Both the position numbers and the translations under genes were made by a program. The notes under the pieces are model-generated. The model worked only from the letters and a program-made list of their open reading frames with translations. It did not search any database and was not told where the DNA came from. Shown piece by piece: positions 63,835 through 64,000 of a stretch of 64,000 nucleotides of DNA. The stretch is taken from positions 298,642-362,641 of the forward strand of contig CAVUDR010000001.1 of NCBI GenBank assembly GCA_963740305.1, given 5' to 3'. Position 1 is the first letter of the stretch; each line of letters begins with the position of its first letter. This DNA is from an uncultured beta proteobacterium (GTDB lineage Bacteria; Pseudomonadota; Gammaproteobacteria; Burkholderiales; Gallionellaceae).

Positions 63835-64000
63835 ATGGATGCCTTGCCGCTCGCAGGCTTAAAAGTGTTGGTCACGCGGCCTCGCGATCAAGCGGGTATG
63901 CTGGCTCTCGCCATACAGCAAGCTGGTGGCAAGGCGATTCTTTTCCCCTTGTTAAACATCACCCCAGTCTCGGACGTCACGCATTTGCATCAAAAGTTGG
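63835..64000 (+). CDS. hemD: Uroporphyrinogen-III synthase (3'-truncated by window edge)
   Basis: Translated by hand: MDALPLAGLKVLVTRPRDQA...GGKAILFPLLNI; follows hemC. Confidence 0.88.
   Translation, partial: MDALPLAGLKVLVTRPRDQAGMLALAIQQAGGKAILFPLLNITPVSDVTHLHQKL

Overview
This is a gene-dense chromosomal window from a betaproteobacterium. The gene content and order (gatAB, gpmI/arsR-rhodanese-grxC-secB-gpsA, comF-bioBFHCD, ftsK-lolA-rarA-serS, dciA-M23-secA-argJ, ppc/hemCD) suggest Nitrosomonadales, possibly Gallionellaceae; that placement is inference. The accessory content is: (1) an rquA-like rhodoquinone biosynthesis gene; (2) a BigR/SqrR-type ArsR regulator, a palindromic operator and an adaptor-SQR-RND-DUF2892 sulfur cluster, followed by a PglL O-oligosaccharyltransferase; (3) an 18 kb MSHA-type type IV pilus locus in permuted order; and (4) a DsbD_2/SCO/two-component block. 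The top observation is at the head of the pilus locus. A full-length tandem paralog of the MshE motor ATPase has lost its Walker A, Walker B, His-box and Arg-finger residues. It keeps the MshEN c-di-GMP domain, the Zn tetracysteine motif and its own copy of the promoter, so it is a candidate regulatory pseudo-ATPase. No rRNA, tRNA, CRISPR array, transposase or integrase was recognised. All calls come from reading motifs by eye; no database searches were run.
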